Positions 62,523 through 64,000 of a stretch of 64,000 bases of DNA are shown here, one piece after another. Position numbers and translations under genes: made by a program. The stretch comes from Phoronis australis (Eukaryota > Animalia > Phoronida): contig NMRA01000678.1 of assembly GCA_002633005.1 (NCBI GenBank), positions 3,613 through 67,612 on the forward strand, given 5' to 3'. A model generated the notes under the pieces. The model had not been told where the DNA came from and did not search any database. It saw only the letters and a list, made by a program, of their open reading frames with translations. Each line of letters starts with the position of its first letter. The stretch's first letter is position 1.

Positions 62523-63299
62523 TTAAAGGTTACGCAAAGAACAGTCGGCAATAGGACGGTCCCTGGTTACGCAGCGACACTTGAATCTCGCGGTATTTAC
62601 AGACAGAGCAGGAACATCTGTCAAGCAGTTGCATAGACTTGTTTTCACACTATTGGAATTTTTCATGTTCTTTGTTGCGTTAATTGTATTTGACCTTCCA
62701 ATGTCAGCGAAGTTTTACAGCTTTGGGCTGGAACTCTGATGGCAGAAATTGGATTAACTTGAGAACTATCCGTGGGTGCAATATTTTCGGCGTAATTCCT
62801 AGAATCAGGGCGACATTTCTGAAACGAGGCCACTGTAACAACGCATTCTCTTACCTCAAGGACAAAGGAGGTTTCTATATGGGGCGTCCTCTTAAAATTA
62901 ATGAGCAGGGGTTGAATTAATATTTAGCTCTGTAAATTTACAGAAAATGAGAGATACGAGAGAAAAAATTGAAATGTTGAAATTCTCGCACAATTCAAAA
63001 ATACATGTAGCTTAGAATGGTAAAAATCAGACCAAATGGCCTTGTTTTCGAGTTGTTTCCCAGACTCCTATAGTGGAGTCTGAATACAAGACAATTAGAA
63101 GCTGGACACGAGAGAGTACGCTCTGTCACAGCACGACTTATAGGGGAGATTTTGCCTCTGGGAAGAGTAGTCACCAAGTAACAGGACCATCTCGTCCACG
63201 AGTCTGCTCATCCCGATTTGTCAAGCAAGTCTTGGCAATCGGCGATATTTCGTTAGTCTACTCAAAACAACTCATCGCGAAGAGACTATTCTACGAAAA

Positions 63300-63800
63300 A
63301 GAGGAGCTTAACAAGTTATCAAAAGCAAACATAGTCGTTTGGTATTGCTTTTGACGCTCGACGTTTTATAATGACGTCATTCTTTGCTCGTCTGATAGTA
63401 TCGCAATATCGCCATGTGGCTAAATGTGGCGATAACTCTACCGACCAGATCTAAATAAGATTTTACACGGCAGTGTTAGCTGACGAAGTCAATGGGAAAG
63501 ACCGAATAAATGAGTGGGGTTGAGATGTAGGGAAACATTTCATGAGTACTTTCACTTGGTTATGTTTAGTTTAAGAAAATAATGTCCCAAAAAGGAATGT
63601 TTGAGTCAGACCATTAACCATTAAGAAACCGATCTCAAATTTTGTTCCCGTAGTCAAACTAGGTGTGACGTCTGGTTTTAGAAAGAACAGGAAGCTCGTT
63701 ATTGCTTGGGCTTAGGCTCTTCAAGTTGACTTGTTACAGCATGTCATCTTATTTGCCGAGCTCGGTCACGAGCAATGGCGAACCACCAGTTATTTGCCGA
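63300..63800 (+). repeat. Segment homologous to about 24250-24810 (intron sequence upstream of exon A1)
   Basis: ccgacca.atct..taagattttacacg..agtgttagct..gaagtcaatgggaaa..tagggaaacattt..tgttcccgt.gtcaa..ttaggctct.caag..agctcggtcacga occurs at both loci. Confidence 0.8.
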
Positions 63801-64000
63801 GCTGGTTCCCTGCATGTCCGCTAAGGGGGAAGCGGACTCAGGTATCATTTAATTCCCCCCGGAAAAAAAATTACACCGGCGTTTCTGATTGGCTGGTCGA
63901 ATTCTCAACAGGTAGCCCTTAATACGTAAGCAAACCGGGCACGACTGATGAAGGTAGAGCAAATGTGTAATGACTAGCTTGTGCTCTGTTGGTCAGACAA

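Noticed and set aside
62684-63354. Short ORFs near the window end as the next exon of the secreted gene
   Set aside because: No similarity to exon A (SWEVYNNRL); by homology with 24.3-25.4 kb the next exon is expected just beyond 64000.

Overview
AT-rich, intron-rich animal (invertebrate-like) genomic DNA with many transposon remnants; no prokaryotic features. Host coding content: (i) one internal tetraspanin exon (TspanC8/TSPAN15-33-like, minus strand, 1424-1609); (ii) the last three coding exons of a RIMS/UNC-10 gene (C2B domain, 20366-22024), carrying an in-frame TAG at the conserved Trp of IGWYKL; (iii) a multi-exon gene for an unrecognised secreted protein that the ORF track does not reveal. 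Its signal peptide starts at 36886 and 11 exons splice in frame to 59945, continuing past the window end. The protein contains a ~227-aa helical-looking unit followed by a linker with RVRR and KRR sites and the start of a second unit. The linker exon looks like a fusion of a terminal exon and exon 2 of tandem gene copies. An orphan 3' half of the same gene family (5 exons, stop, AATAAA) lies upstream at 25389-28449. Paralogous exons show many more amino-acid-changing than silent differences, and a GC-AG intron is kept in both copies. Mobile DNA includes a decayed L1/Tx1-like LINE, two Penelope-like remnants with hammerhead-like motifs (one a foldback), three Kolobok families (one with THAP and KolX remnants), a HINE-like element, 5-bp-TSD hAT-like, Harbinger-like and Tc1/pogo-like MITEs, and tRNA-derived SINE heads. 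All calls are by eye; no database searches were run.
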